The notes: generated by a model not told the origin, from the letters alone. A DNA stretch of 50,649 bases from an uncultured Eubacteriales bacterium (GCA_902493155.1 CABUOE010000001.1:1-50649); one strand, 5' to 3'. Shown: positions 20,983 to 31,386, counted from the first letter of the stretch. Numbers and translations are program-made.

Positions 20983-21867
20983 TTACTGGACGACCGCTTC
21001 CCGCCCCTTTTGCCGGGCGGCATAAACTTCATTTAAAAGCGTCGCCCCCAAAACCAGAACGCCCCCTGCAATCTGCAGCGGCTTCATCCCTTCTTGAAGA
21101 AATACCGCTGCAAATACGATGGCGGAAACCGGATCGATGTAGCTAAAAACTGCCGCCGTCTGGCTCTCAAGCTTTTGCAGACAGGAAAAATACAGAAGAT
21201 ACATCACTCCCGTGTGGACGACACCCACAATGATAAGCAGCAAAATCGCCGTTCCGGAAATCTTTTCCAGATAGAACCCGTCGGTAAAAAGAACATAGGG
21301 AAACATGGTCAAAGCCGACACCAAAAGCTGGACAAAGGCGCTTTCCACTCCGGAAATGTCTTGAAACCGTTTGTTGAGCAGCACAATGGAGGCGTACACC
21401 ACAGCGGCACCCAGCCCGTAGAGGACTCCGACAAAGTTGCCGCTCCCGGCTCCGCCGTTGCCGGCTACGCAAATCATTCCCGCCATAGCCGCCAGCATAC
21501 AGCAGACTTTCACCTTATTGAGCTTCTCTTTCAGGAGAAACGGCGATAAAAACAGAATCAGCACCGGCGCAAAATAATAGCAGATGGTGGCGGTGGCGAT
21601 GGTGGTGTGCTGGTATGCCTGGAAAAGCAGCATCCAGTTAAACCCCAAAGCGATACCGGACAACAGCAACGGGACAAAATTTTGCCGAATGCGTGCAACG
21701 GAAAACCTTTGCCCCGACAGAAGGGCAACCCCAAAAATAAAAAGGCTCCCGAGAATCCCCCGCGTAAGCGCAATCTGCGCCGAGGAAAGGGGAATTCCCC
21801 GGACGAACAGCCCCAAGCTCCCCGCGATCAGCATGGAGCAGATAAACCCGATTTTGGCCTTACTCAT
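20983..21867 (-). CDS. DMT/EamA family transporter
   Basis: About 10 hydrophobic helices in two repeats; YYFAPV, SYIDPVSA. Confidence 0.9.
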   Translation of the reverse strand: MSKAKIGFICSMLIAGSLGLFVRGIPLSSAQIALTRGILGSLFIFGVALLSGQRFSVARIRQNFVPLLLSGIALGFNWMLLFQAYQHTTIATATICYYFAPVLILFLSPFLLKEKLNKVKVCCMLAAMAGMICVAGNGGAGSGNFVGVLYGLGAAVVYASIVLLNKRFQDISGVESAFVQLLVSALTMFPYVLFTDGFYLEKISGTAILLLIIVGVVHTGVMYLLYFSCLQKLESQTAAVFSYIDPVSAIVFAAVFLQEGMKPLQIAGGVLVLGATLLNEVYAARQKGREAVVQ

Positions 21868-21898
21868 TCTGTCAAAACCTTTCCCGATGATTCAACAT

Positions 21899-22117
21899 CT
21901 ATTCTCCCAGCAGGCTCTCTAAAAGCCTGCGGTTTTCCTCCCGGCGGCGCTCAGTTTCTTCCCGGTCGATTTGATATATCCCGTCCACCAGACGGAGCAC
22001 ATCCCCCTCTTTGACGCCTTCTGGCAAATCGGCAAGGGGAATCTCCTTCCGCTGCCTATTTTCGCCTTCACAGACGGCAAATGATCCTTCCAGCCGGTCG
22101 ATGCTCCAAAATTCCAT
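21899..22117 (-). CDS. DUF3006-like protein
   Basis: IDRLEGSFAVCE...LPEGVKEGDVL; typically follows ComEC-like MBL genes. Confidence 0.8.
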   Translation of the reverse strand: MEFWSIDRLEGSFAVCEGENRQRKEIPLADLPEGVKEGDVLRLVDGIYQIDREETERRREENRRLLESLLGE

Positions 22118-22131
22118 TCAGAATCACTCCT

Positions 22132-23088
22132 CTACTTTCCGGTATACACGTCAAAGGTCTTTCCGTCGGTGGCAATGACGATGTCGCCGTTTAAATCGGT
22201 GCGATACACCGGCTTACCGGTATTCCGAAGCTTTTCCCTGATTTCAGCGTGAGGGTGGTTGTATTTGTTGCCCTCCCCGACCTCAATCACATAGCACTTT
22301 GCGCTCACCGCTGCCAAAAACTCCTCGCTGGAACTGGTGCTGCTGCCATGATGTCCCACCTTGAGCACCGTTGCGGAAACATCGGCTCCGGAGTTGAGCA
22401 GATCCTTCTCTGCGCCTGCTTCCTGGTCTCCGGTGAAAAGAAACGAAACGTCGCCATATGTAAACTTCATTACAAGAGAAGTGTCGTTTAAATCGTCGTA
22501 ATCCTCCACCGGTCCCAAAACCGAGAGCGTTCCGCCGCCGATTTCATAGCTGTCTCCCGGATGAGCCAGGGTAATCGTCAACCCCTTGTTTTTTACCGCC
22601 TGCAGCACATCGGTATAGGTCCGGGTGGTGGGAATAATCGCCTTGGGCACGTCCCCCATAATGACCTGTTTCACATCGAAGGTATCGATGACCACGTCCA
22701 ACCCTCCGATGTGGTCGGAATGGGGGTGGGAACCCACCACCATATCCAGCGTCTCTACCCCGACGCTGTTTAAATAGGCCACCACTTCCCCCGCCTTGTC
22801 GTTCTCGCCGGCGTCGATGAGGATGTTGGCGTCACCTGCCTGGATGAGCATGCTGTCTCCCTGCCCCACATCGATGTAATGCACCAGCACATCGGCGTCT
22901 GGCACGTCGTCCAGCGACGAACCAGTAAACATTCCAGACGGCAGAGAATCCCCGCTGGGGAGCCACTTGCTCCAGTCCTTTCCGTTGAATAAAGTCACTA
23001 CGGCAAAGGCACTCAGAAGAATCGCAGCGGCGATCACCACCGACCAGTTGATCTTCTGCTTTTGTTTCCTGCGTTTTTTCTTCGCCAT
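22132..23088 (-). CDS. ComEC/Rec2-related MBL-fold hydrolase with N-terminal membrane anchor
   Basis: IDVGQGDS, SHPHSDHIGG, LFTGD, KVGHHGS, YNHP, RTDLNG. Confidence 0.88.
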   Translation of the reverse strand: MAKKKRRKQKQKINWSVVIAAAILLSAFAVVTLFNGKDWSKWLPSGDSLPSGMFTGSSLDDVPDADVLVHYIDVGQGDSMLIQAGDANILIDAGENDKAGEVVAYLNSVGVETLDMVVGSHPHSDHIGGLDVVIDTFDVKQVIMGDVPKAIIPTTRTYTDVLQAVKNKGLTITLAHPGDSYEIGGGTLSVLGPVEDYDDLNDTSLVMKFTYGDVSFLFTGDQEAGAEKDLLNSGADVSATVLKVGHHGSSTSSSEEFLAAVSAKCYVIEVGEGNKYNHPHAEIREKLRNTGKPVYRTDLNGDIVIATDGKTFDVYTGK

Positions 23089-23168
23089 GAAAATGATCCT
23101 TCCTTTCCTGTGCTACTCTGCTGCAACGGTTTTCATGCAGTACGAATTTGATAGACAAGGGGCCTATC

Positions 23169-25124
23169 TTATTTCGGCCGTTTTCCCGATGACGGCTTCC
23201 GCCCTTTTTGGATGGGACGCTTTGACCCCCCGGAAGCTGTTTTTCCATAGGTACCGTTTTGGCTGCCGCGGGCAGAATGGCCTCCTGGCCCCGCCTTCTT
23301 ATTATGGGCATTTTTCCCCTTTCCATGCGATTCGTGGAGGGGCGGCACCAGACATTTGGGGCCGGTACCGATGAGATCGGAGCGTCCCGCCTGCCGCAAA
23401 GCCTTGACGACCAGGGCGTGGTTTTTCGGCAGGAAGTACTGCAGCAGCGCCCGCTGCATCGCCTTTTCCTCCGAGGTTTTGGGGACGAAAACCGGCTCCA
23501 TGGTGTAGGGATTCATCCCGGTGAAAAACATACAGGTGGACACCGTCCCCGGCGTGGGATAAAAATCCTGCACCTGCTCGGGATGAATGCCCTGCTCTTT
23601 TAAGAAAAGCGCCAGCTCCACTGCATCTTTCAATGTGCTCCCCGGATGGGAAGACATGAGATAGGGCACCAAAAACTGCTTTTTCCCCAGCTTTTTGGTA
23701 ATCTGGTAAAATTTCTGAGCAAAGGCTTTGTAAACTTCAATGTGGGGCTTGCCCATACAGTCCAAAACGTCTCCGCTGCAATGCTCCGGGGCCACTTTCA
23801 GCTGCCCGCTGACGTGGTACTCCACCAGCTCCTTGAAAAAGCTGTCGTCCTTGTCCTCCATCATGTAGTCGTACCGGATACCGGAGCGAATAAAGACCTT
23901 TTTGATTCCTTTGATGGCCCGCACCTTCCGCAAAAGCTCCAGATACCCCCGATGGTCCACTTCCAGCGCCTTGCAGGGGGTCGGCGCCAGGCATTTCTTG
24001 CCGACGCAAAGCCCTTTTTCGATCTGCTTTGTGCAGGAAGGCTGCCGGAAATTGGCAGTGGGGCCGCCCACATCGTGGATATACCCCTTAAAGTTTGGAA
24101 GCGTCGTCAAAAGCTCCGCCTCCCGCAAAACGGATTCCTCGCTGCGGACGGCGATTTTCCGTCCCTGATGGAAGGCGATAGAGCAGAAGTTGCAGTTTCC
24201 AAAGCACCCTCTGTTGTGGGCGATGGAAAACTCCACCTCTTCGATGCCGGGCACCCCGCCCAATTCCTCGTACATGGGATGATAGGTGCGGGCATAGGGC
24301 AGGGCGTATACCCGATCCAGCTCCTCGGTGGTCAGCACCCGCATAGGCGGATTCTGGACGAGCATCTTATCCCCCTGCCGCTGCAACACCGTCCGCCCGG
24401 TGATTTCGTCCTGGTTATCCATCTGGATTTTCGTCGCCTTGCAGTAATTTTTCTTATCCCGGCTCACCACCTGAAAATCAGGGCACTGGACACCGCCATA
24501 GGGGGTATTCACAGGGTCTGTAAGGTAGCAGGTTCCACGGATATCAGTGAGATTATAGATATCCTCGCCACCTGCCAATCGGTTAACAATTTCAATGGTC
24601 TGAAGTTCCCCCATACCGTAGGTGAGCAGATCCGCACCGCTGTCTACTAAGATAGACGGCCGCACCCCATCGTCCCAGTAATCGTAATGGGCGAACCGCC
24701 GCAGCGACGCCTCCAACCCGCCAATCACAATGGGAACATCCCCGTAAATCTCCCGGATTTTCTGGCAGTAAACGATGACCGCCCGGTCGGGGCGCTTGCC
24801 CGCTTTTCCCCCGGCGGTGTAGGCGTCATCGTTTCGTTTCTTGAGTGCTACCGTGTAGTGTGCCACCATGGAATCGATGTTTCCCGACGTGACCATAAAG
24901 GCGCATCTCGGCCGCCCCAGCTTTGTAAAATCCTTCTGAGAGCGCCAGTCAGGCTGGGCGATGATCCCCACAGTATACCCCTCTGCCTCGATAACGCGGG
25001 AAATGATGGACACCCCAAAGCTGGGGTGATCCACATAGCTGTCCCCGGTGATGCAGATGAAATCCAGCTGCTCGATACCCCTTTGTTCCATATCTTCCCG
25101 ACAGACGGGCAAAAACTCGTTCAT
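23169..25124 (-). CDS. YgiQ (UPF0313) family radical SAM protein
   Basis: GDSYVDHPSFG, GGLEASLRRFAHYDYW, RGCFGNCNFC, SGQLKVAPEH, QVQDFYPTP; start ATG 25124 after AAAGGAG. Confidence 0.92.
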   Translation of the reverse strand: MNEFLPVCREDMEQRGIEQLDFICITGDSYVDHPSFGVSIISRVIEAEGYTVGIIAQPDWRSQKDFTKLGRPRCAFMVTSGNIDSMVAHYTVALKKRNDDAYTAGGKAGKRPDRAVIVYCQKIREIYGDVPIVIGGLEASLRRFAHYDYWDDGVRPSILVDSGADLLTYGMGELQTIEIVNRLAGGEDIYNLTDIRGTCYLTDPVNTPYGGVQCPDFQVVSRDKKNYCKATKIQMDNQDEITGRTVLQRQGDKMLVQNPPMRVLTTEELDRVYALPYARTYHPMYEELGGVPGIEEVEFSIAHNRGCFGNCNFCSIAFHQGRKIAVRSEESVLREAELLTTLPNFKGYIHDVGGPTANFRQPSCTKQIEKGLCVGKKCLAPTPCKALEVDHRGYLELLRKVRAIKGIKKVFIRSGIRYDYMMEDKDDSFFKELVEYHVSGQLKVAPEHCSGDVLDCMGKPHIEVYKAFAQKFYQITKKLGKKQFLVPYLMSSHPGSTLKDAVELALFLKEQGIHPEQVQDFYPTPGTVSTCMFFTGMNPYTMEPVFVPKTSEEKAMQRALLQYFLPKNHALVVKALRQAGRSDLIGTGPKCLVPPLHESHGKGKNAHNKKAGPGGHSARGSQNGTYGKTASGGSKRPIQKGRKPSSGKRPK

Positions 25125-25149
25125 ACATTCTCCTTTATTCGAAGCTCCG

Positions 25150-25896
25150 TCACGGAGCGATACACATTTGTTGCAATTCTTCCAAAGAACCCCGAAAGAC
25201 GTTTCGATCAATAAACGGTTCTCTCCCGTCATAACCCTTTAGCCGGTAGCGGGCCGAATACTGCCAGAAGGCCCACTCCCGGCCGTCAGGCAGGCTTGGG
25301 CAGGAAATCACGTCCCGAATCCAGATGGGGTATTCCTCATATCCGTCCTCCAGATATGCCTGGTAGGATTTCATCGTCGCATACAACACCGGCTTTACGC
25401 CGTAATAGGTTTCAAGTTCGTCCAGCAGCTCATTTAAAATTTCCGCCGTCTCCGCTTTAGAGGGCCGGTTTTGTTCCTTATCCCCGTAAAACTCAATGTC
25501 CACCACCGGCGGAAGCGTCCCCGCCGTTTTGGGAACGGCGTTGATGAAATTCTCCGCCTGAGTTTTGCCTTCGCTGTCAAAGCTGAAAAAGTGGTAGGCT
25601 CCTGTGAGAATCCCGGCCTTTTGGGCGTTTTCCCAATTGGCTTGAAACTGCTTGTCCTGAAAGGAGCTCCCCTCAGTTGCTTTCAGATAGGCAAACTGCA
25701 CGTCCTGTTCTTTGAGCACCTCCCAGTCGATGCTCCCCTGATGAGCGGAAACATCCACCCCTTGGACAGGAAACTGCGCCTTCGACGGATGATTGAGATG
25801 GATGATTCCCTTGTCCAACAGAAAAATTCCGGAGCCGCCCGCTAGCAGCAAAGCGAAAACCACCGCCGGAATCCAAAACCGCTTTCCAAGCCTCAT
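25150..25896 (-). CDS. Glycoside hydrolase family 25 lysozyme-like muramidase
   Basis: GVDVSAHQG, LKATEG, GAYHFF, VDIE, FWQYS; hydrophobic N-terminus. Confidence 0.9.
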   Translation of the reverse strand: MRLGKRFWIPAVVFALLLAGGSGIFLLDKGIIHLNHPSKAQFPVQGVDVSAHQGSIDWEVLKEQDVQFAYLKATEGSSFQDKQFQANWENAQKAGILTGAYHFFSFDSEGKTQAENFINAVPKTAGTLPPVVDIEFYGDKEQNRPSKAETAEILNELLDELETYYGVKPVLYATMKSYQAYLEDGYEEYPIWIRDVISCPSLPDGREWAFWQYSARYRLKGYDGREPFIDRNVFRGSLEELQQMCIAP

Positions 25897-25943
25897 ATCA
25901 TTTCTCCTCAAAAAAACGCAGGCGGTTTGTCCCGCCGCCTGAG

Positions 25944-26348
25944 TCAAAGTGTTTTTATAAATATGAGCTCCAACGGTTCGCCGGGCAGCGCAAAGCTACC
26001 TACCGCGGTATATCCCAGCTTTTGATAGAAATACTGGGCTGTATCTGCGGAAGAAGTGGAGGTCATCAAAACAGAATACCCCTGCTGTTGCATTTTTTCT
26101 TCCCAAAACGCCATCGCCTTGGTTCCAAACCCTCGGTCCCTGTATTCGGGCAGCAGATGGAGCATGGAAAGAAACGGCGTATTGTCCCAGAAAAGTCCCC
26201 ATCGGAGCCATCCGATAAACTCACCGTTTTCTATGCAGACGGCCACCTCTCCCCTTCCGATTTTCCCGGCGAGAACATCTTTTGTAATCCACCGGTCGTG
26301 TGTGAGAATTTGAGGCAAATCTTCTGGCTTCGCCAATCGGATTTCCAT
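25944..26348 (-). CDS. GNAT family N-acetyltransferase
   Basis: LPEYRDRGFG acetyl-CoA motif, FYQKLGY. Confidence 0.85.
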   Translation of the reverse strand: MEIRLAKPEDLPQILTHDRWITKDVLAGKIGRGEVAVCIENGEFIGWLRWGLFWDNTPFLSMLHLLPEYRDRGFGTKAMAFWEEKMQQQGYSVLMTSTSSADTAQYFYQKLGYTAVGSFALPGEPLELIFIKTL

Positions 26349-26360
26349 ATGGGCTCTCCC

Positions 26361-28886
26361 TTAAATATCCCCGGCGTTCCGGGCGGAAATCTCCACCCAC
26401 TGCTGCCGGGTGATGAGCACCTCACGGGGCTTGCTCCCCTCCAAAGGCCCGACGATGCCCCGATCTTCCAGTTCGTCCACAAGCCTTGCCGCCCGGGCGT
26501 AGCCCACCTTCAAGCGGCGCTGGAGATAGGAGGTAGAAGCCTGTCCGGCGTCCAGCACGCAGTCCACCGCGTCGTTGAATAACGGATCGGTGTCTCCCAT
26601 CTCCTCGGAGCCGCCCTTGTCGCCTTTTTTCTTTTCCATAACAGCCTGGCGCTCGATTTCTTCCATGATTTTGTCATCGTACTCTGCCGGCTGCTGCTTA
26701 TTCTTGATAAAGTCCACCACCTGTTCCACCTCGGAGTCGCTGACAAAGCAGCCCTGGACGCGGACGGGCTTCGGATACCCCACAGGGTAAAACAGCATGT
26801 CACCCCGGCCTAAAAGCTTCTCCGCTCCGCCGCCGTCTAAAATCGTCCGGGAGTCCACCTGGGACGAAACCGAAAAGGCGATACGGGACGGAATGTTGGC
26901 CTTGATGACGCCGGTGATGACGTCGACAGAGGGCCGCTGGGTGGCGATGATGAGGTGCATTCCCGCCGCGCGGGCCATCTGGGCCAGGCGGCAGATGGAA
27001 TCCTCCACCTCGTTTGGGGCGGCCATCATCAGGTCGGCCAGCTCGTCGATGATGACCACAATCTGGGGCATGGGATCCATCCCCTCGGTCTTGCTGGCCA
27101 GGCGGTTGTAACCCTTCAGGTCACGGACGTTGTTGTCGGCAAAAGCCTTGTACCGGTTGAGCATTTCAGTCACTGCCCATCCGAGAGCTCCCGCCGCCTT
27201 CCGCGGATCAGTGACCACCGGCACCAGCAGATGGGGAATGCCATTGTAGATTCCCAATTCGACCACCTTGGGGTCGATCATCAAAAACCGGACTTCCTCC
27301 GGGGAGGATTTATACAGCAAACTGATGATAATCGAGTTGACACAGACCGATTTACCGCTTCCGGTTGCGCCCGCAATGAGCAGATGGGGCATCGAGCCGA
27401 TATCCCCCACTGTGATGTTTCCGGCAATGTCCCGTCCTAAAGCCATAGTGAGCTTGCTTTTGGCGTTTCTGAACTCGTCGGAATCGACGATCTCCCGGAT
27501 GGAGACTATATCGGTCTTCCGGTTGGGCACCTCGATACCCACCGCCGGTTTGTTGGGGATGGGAGCTTCGATGCGGACGCCCGCAGTCGCCAGATTGAGG
27601 GCGATATCATCGGCTAAGCCTGTAATTTTGCTGATCTTTACTCCCGCCGACGGCTGGAGCTCATACCGGGTGACTGTGGGCCCCCGACAGATGTCGATAA
27701 TCCGCGTCTGAACGCCGAAGCTCTTCAAAGTATCGACAAGCTTTGCAGCATTTGCCTTTAATTCCTCGCTCACGTCCAGATTGCCGCTGTTTTTGGGCTG
27801 CTTCAGGAGGCTGATGGGAGGAAAATGATAGATGTTTTCCACAGGCGGCTCCACCGTGATGTCCATGGGGATGGGGCTGAGCTTTTTCGGGTCAGGCTGC
27901 GCCGCGGCGGCCGCCTCTCCCTCTGCTGCAGCCGGTTCCGCCGCACTGCTTCTCTCCACCTTTTCCGGCGGGGTCTTAAAGTCGTCTATGGCCTTGTTGA
28001 TGAGGGCATCCAGTGGCGTATCGTCCTTAACCGTCTCTCCCACCGGCGCCGCGTCTACCTTGAAGATGTCTGGGTCGATATCCGGCGTGTTGTCAGGAGG
28101 GCTGTTTTTGAGGATTTCGTCGATGACCTCCCCTGTCCGTGTATCCACCACCACTTTGTCAGGAATCGTGGCTTCGTCCTCAAACACCGCATTAGGCGAG
28201 GATACAGGATGCTCCGGCATGGGCGGGTCCTCGTCCAGGGGAACGTCGATGTTGAACCGGGATTTCCGTTTTTCCTCCCGCTGTTCCTTGAACTGGACAT
28301 AGCTTTCTTCCATATGTTTGACCGGTTTGGCGCAGGTCTTGAAAAAGCCCATGAGTGTGGAGCCGGTAATGAGCATCAGGAAAACGAAAGCCGCCAACAG
28401 CAAGATGATCGCCGCCCCCGCTGTACCGCAGTACCGCAGCAGAGGCCAGCCAAGGATTGCCGCCAGAACGCCGCCGCTTTTCAGCAAAACGCCGTCAAGG
28501 TATAGGGACGAAAACTGTCCCCAGAAACCATTCCCCTCAGGCAGGCCGTAAAAAATCTGGGAAAATCCGCAGAGCAGCACAATGAGCACCGCCGTCTGCC
28601 AGACCTTATGCCGCACCTCCACGTGCTCCTTGTCTACGGTGATGATCACCGCCGCCCCCGCAATGAGCGGCCCTACCGCGTAGCAAATCGGCCCGAAAAT
28701 TCCCCGCAGGCAGTCGTGTAAAAAGCCCCAGACAGCCGGGCCATCAATGAGGCTCACTGCCACGAGAAAAAGTCCGACCGCGAACAGAATAATTGCGTAA
28801 AACTGCTTTTTCCGCTGTTTTTGGAGCTGTGCCTTGCTGGGAGCTCTGGAAGTTTTCGATTTTGTCTTCCCCTTGGTTGTTGCCAT
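26361..28886 (-). CDS. ftsK: DNA translocase FtsK/SpoIIIE
   Basis: N-terminal TM domain, [32 protein letters not shown], gamma domain [15 protein letters not shown]. Confidence 0.96.
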   Translation of the reverse strand: MATTKGKTKSKTSRAPSKAQLQKQRKKQFYAIILFAVGLFLVAVSLIDGPAVWGFLHDCLRGIFGPICYAVGPLIAGAAVIITVDKEHVEVRHKVWQTAVLIVLLCGFSQIFYGLPEGNGFWGQFSSLYLDGVLLKSGGVLAAILGWPLLRYCGTAGAAIILLLAAFVFLMLITGSTLMGFFKTCAKPVKHMEESYVQFKEQREEKRKSRFNIDVPLDEDPPMPEHPVSSPNAVFEDEATIPDKVVVDTRTGEVIDEILKNSPPDNTPDIDPDIFKVDAAPVGETVKDDTPLDALINKAIDDFKTPPEKVERSSAAEPAAAEGEAAAAAQPDPKKLSPIPMDITVEPPVENIYHFPPISLLKQPKNSGNLDVSEELKANAAKLVDTLKSFGVQTRIIDICRGPTVTRYELQPSAGVKISKITGLADDIALNLATAGVRIEAPIPNKPAVGIEVPNRKTDIVSIREIVDSDEFRNAKSKLTMALGRDIAGNITVGDIGSMPHLLIAGATGSGKSVCVNSIIISLLYKSSPEEVRFLMIDPKVVELGIYNGIPHLLVPVVTDPRKAAGALGWAVTEMLNRYKAFADNNVRDLKGYNRLASKTEGMDPMPQIVVIIDELADLMMAAPNEVEDSICRLAQMARAAGMHLIIATQRPSVDVITGVIKANIPSRIAFSVSSQVDSRTILDGGGAEKLLGRGDMLFYPVGYPKPVRVQGCFVSDSEVEQVVDFIKNKQQPAEYDDKIMEEIERQAVMEKKKGDKGGSEEMGDTDPLFNDAVDCVLDAGQASTSYLQRRLKVGYARAARLVDELEDRGIVGPLEGSKPREVLITRQQWVEISARNAGDI

Positions 28887-28941
28887 TTAAAAATCCAATC
28901 CTTTCAAAACGCCGTTTTCTCTTTTATCTTTTGGAAGGGTG

Positions 28942-28974
28942 ATCCGCCGCAGTTCTGCGCCAGCAGAACCGGAT
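28942..28974 (-). repeat. 33-bp bulged-hairpin repeat, copy 1 (upstream of ftsK)
   Basis: Exact reverse complement of 44900-44932. Confidence 0.85.
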
Positions 28975-29070
28975 ATAAAACAAACCCATCGCCAAAATGC
29001 TTGTATTTTGGCAAGCCGCGCTCCGCTCCGCGCGGCCAAAGGTTTTCGAAAACCTTTGGAGTTGCGCTTG

Positions 29071-29943
29071 TTATTTCGCAAAATACTGGACGATGTTCAT
29101 CCCCACCACATGCTCGAAAATGCCGATTCCCACGACCAAAATACCCAAAATAGCGGTGTAAATCGTGAAAATCCGGAATTTGTCGCTCTTGATGAGCCAA
29201 TTTACAAGCTTAATGGCCAAAAATCCCACCACGGCGGATACAATAACGCCGATGAGGATGGGAACGATCCCGATGGAAAGATCAGCCGGGGTTACGTCCA
29301 AAATCTCGCTGAGGCTGCCGCCCAAAATAGCGGGAATCCCCAGGATGAAGCTAAACTGTACTGCGGTCTCCCGGTCCAATCCCGCAATCAGCCCGCCCGC
29401 GATGGTGGAGCCGGAACGGGAAACCCCCGGCAAAGGCGCCACCGCCTGCAGCAGCCCGACGATGAGGCCGTCCCGCGGCTTGATGTCGCCAGGGCCCTTA
29501 TGCCCTTTGGTGCAGCGATCGGCGATGAACAGCAGCACTGCTGTAATCAAAAAGCAGACGCCCTCCGCCACGATGTCGTTATCCGCCGCAATCCCGGTGT
29601 ACAAGTCCTTGAACACCAGCACAAAAATCATAGGAACGCAGGCCAGAATTAACATGACCAGCATGTTCCGGTAAGGTCCCCGCTCCTTCCACTTGAATTT
29701 CCCCCGCAGAAGGTCCCAGATCATGCTAAAAAGCTCTAAAATCAGCTGCCAGATGGTATGCCGGAAAGCGATGAACACCGCGATGAGTGTTCCCAGATGG
29801 AGCATCAGGGAAAAGAAAACTCCCGATTCCCCGCTCTGTCCGGTAAAATGCTGGAAAAGAGACAGATGCCCCGAGCTGGACACCGGCAAAAATTCGGTCA
29901 GGCCCTGCAAAACAGCCTGCAAAAATGCTTCTATGTACGACAT
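29071..29943 (-). CDS. uppP: Undecaprenyl-diphosphate phosphatase (BacA)
   Basis: QGLTEFLPVSSSGH, HLGTL, PGVSRSGSTI, FSFILGIPA. Confidence 0.95.
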   Translation of the reverse strand: MSYIEAFLQAVLQGLTEFLPVSSSGHLSLFQHFTGQSGESGVFFSLMLHLGTLIAVFIAFRHTIWQLILELFSMIWDLLRGKFKWKERGPYRNMLVMLILACVPMIFVLVFKDLYTGIAADNDIVAEGVCFLITAVLLFIADRCTKGHKGPGDIKPRDGLIVGLLQAVAPLPGVSRSGSTIAGGLIAGLDRETAVQFSFILGIPAILGGSLSEILDVTPADLSIGIVPILIGVIVSAVVGFLAIKLVNWLIKSDKFRIFTIYTAILGILVVGIGIFEHVVGMNIVQYFAK

Positions 29944-29996
29944 ATCGAAATTCTCCTATTGTTGCTATGTAGCCACGGGGTTGACCCCGCGAAAAA

Positions 29997-30212
29997 TCAG
30001 AATGTTTTCGGTTTTGTATTTAGCGCTGTCCCCGGTGCAAAACGGGGATTGAGATAATCTTTTAAATCGGTGGAGATGATCCGATCGATTTTACACTGGG
30101 CCCCCTGCCCTCTGCATGCGCAGAGGCAGCCGTTTATCCGCCGGTACTGGAGGCTATCGCTTTGCGGCTGCATCATGACTTCCATCGGATCCACTATGGT
30201 GTGCAGAATCAC
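29997..30212 (-). CDS. YlzJ-like small protein
   Basis: GTG start after AGGAGG; MILHTIVDP...IDRIISTDLKDYLNPRFAPG resembles YlzJ; located after tepA as in Bacillus. Confidence 0.78.
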   Translation of the reverse strand: MILHTIVDPMEVMMQPQSDSLQYRRINGCLCACRGQGAQCKIDRIISTDLKDYLNPRFAPGTALNTKPKTF

Positions 30213-30993
30213 AGCATTTTCCCTCCTTTTTGGGAGCATCCTGCGGCATGTCCAGACCGCTGTGGTCGGGTTCTTCCGCTTCCCGCTCCTCAATCATACG
30301 GTAGAGGCACTCGATGGCGTCGGACAGCCCGCCCAACTCGTCGATGAGCCCTTCCTGGACGGCGGTTTCCCCATCGATAGAAGTCCCTACGTCCATGGCC
30401 AGCTCCCCGGTTTTCATCATCAGCTCTCTAAACCGATCCTCCGATATATCGGAATTCTGGGTCACAAAGCGGACGATCCGGTCCTACATCTTGTCAAAGT
30501 AGGAAAACGACTGGGGTACGCCCAAAACAAGGCCGTTCATCCGCACCGGATGAATGGTCATGGTGGCCGATGGCACGATAAAAGATTTTTTCGCCGACAC
30601 CGCCAGCGGCACACCGATGGAATGTCCGCCGCCCAGCACAATGCTCACAGTAGGCGTCTGCATCCCGGCAATCAGTTCTGCGATGGCAAGCCCTGCTTCT
30701 ACGTCGCCCCCCACAGTGTTTAATAAAATGAGCAATCCCTTAATATCCTTGCTCTCCTCGATGGCCACCAGTTGGGGCAGCACATGCTCGTATTTCGTTG
30801 TTTTATTCTGGGGCGGCAGGATATAATGCCCCTCGATCTGCCCGATTATCGTCAAACAATGGATCAGGTGTTTTCCCTCTGCTGTAACCGACCCCATATC
30901 GACGATCTGCTTCTGCTGATCATCCTGTTCGTTATCATTGTCGTTCTGTTCGGATTCCTGCTGGTTTTGTGCTTTCAAATTCTCTTCTGCCAA
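30154..30993 (-). pseudogene. tepA: TepA (ClpP-family protease) interrupted by an in-frame TAG at 30484-30486
   Basis: [46 protein letters not shown]; the same frame continues after TAG (DRIVRFVTQNS...GLIDELGG). Confidence 0.85.
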
Positions 30994-31023
30994 ACCAATT
31001 CCTCCTGCTTTTTCATTTGGAAT

Positions 31024-31052
31024 TAGTTTGCGCCCGCCGGTTTCAAATATTC
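31024..31052 (-). promoter_or_regulatory. Putative forespore (sigma-G/sigma-F type) promoter of tepA
   Basis: Minus strand GAATA-17 nt-CAAACTA just upstream of the GGAGG RBS. Confidence 0.55.
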
Positions 31053-31157
31053 CCGGTCAATAATTTTGCCGTTTTCTGTGGCTTTTCAGCCAATTTAAGA
31101 CCAATCGTTTCTTTTATTATATACGCTGCCTCCACCCTTGTCAAACGGCCCAAAAAG

Positions 31158-31386
31158 TTTTCCACATATGAGAAAAGCCCTATTTTTCGGTAAACAGCAG
31201 TCTATTTCGAACAGTTATTCCCTATTTTATCCCTAGTTTTTGAAGATTATACCGTTTGTAATCATTTTTAGTGAGTATGCAGTCAAAAAGATGGGGAAAG
31301 ACCGCGGACAAGTTTTCCTCCCTATGTGGAAAACTCGGTGGAAACGGTGGATAAATGCCCTGTTTTGGGTCATTTGGGTTTCCACA
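31158..31386. promoter_or_regulatory. Cluster of DnaA-box-like 9-mers
   Basis: TTTTCCACA 31158-31166 (+), TGTGGAAAA 31325-31333, GGTGGAAAC 31337-31345, GGTGGATAA 31346-31354, GTTTCCACA 31378-31386. Confidence 0.6.

Noticed and set aside
30484..30486. Pyrrolysine or genome-wide amber recoding as the cause of the tepA TAG
   Set aside because: TAG ends full-length murA and typA normally, and no pyl genes are in the window.
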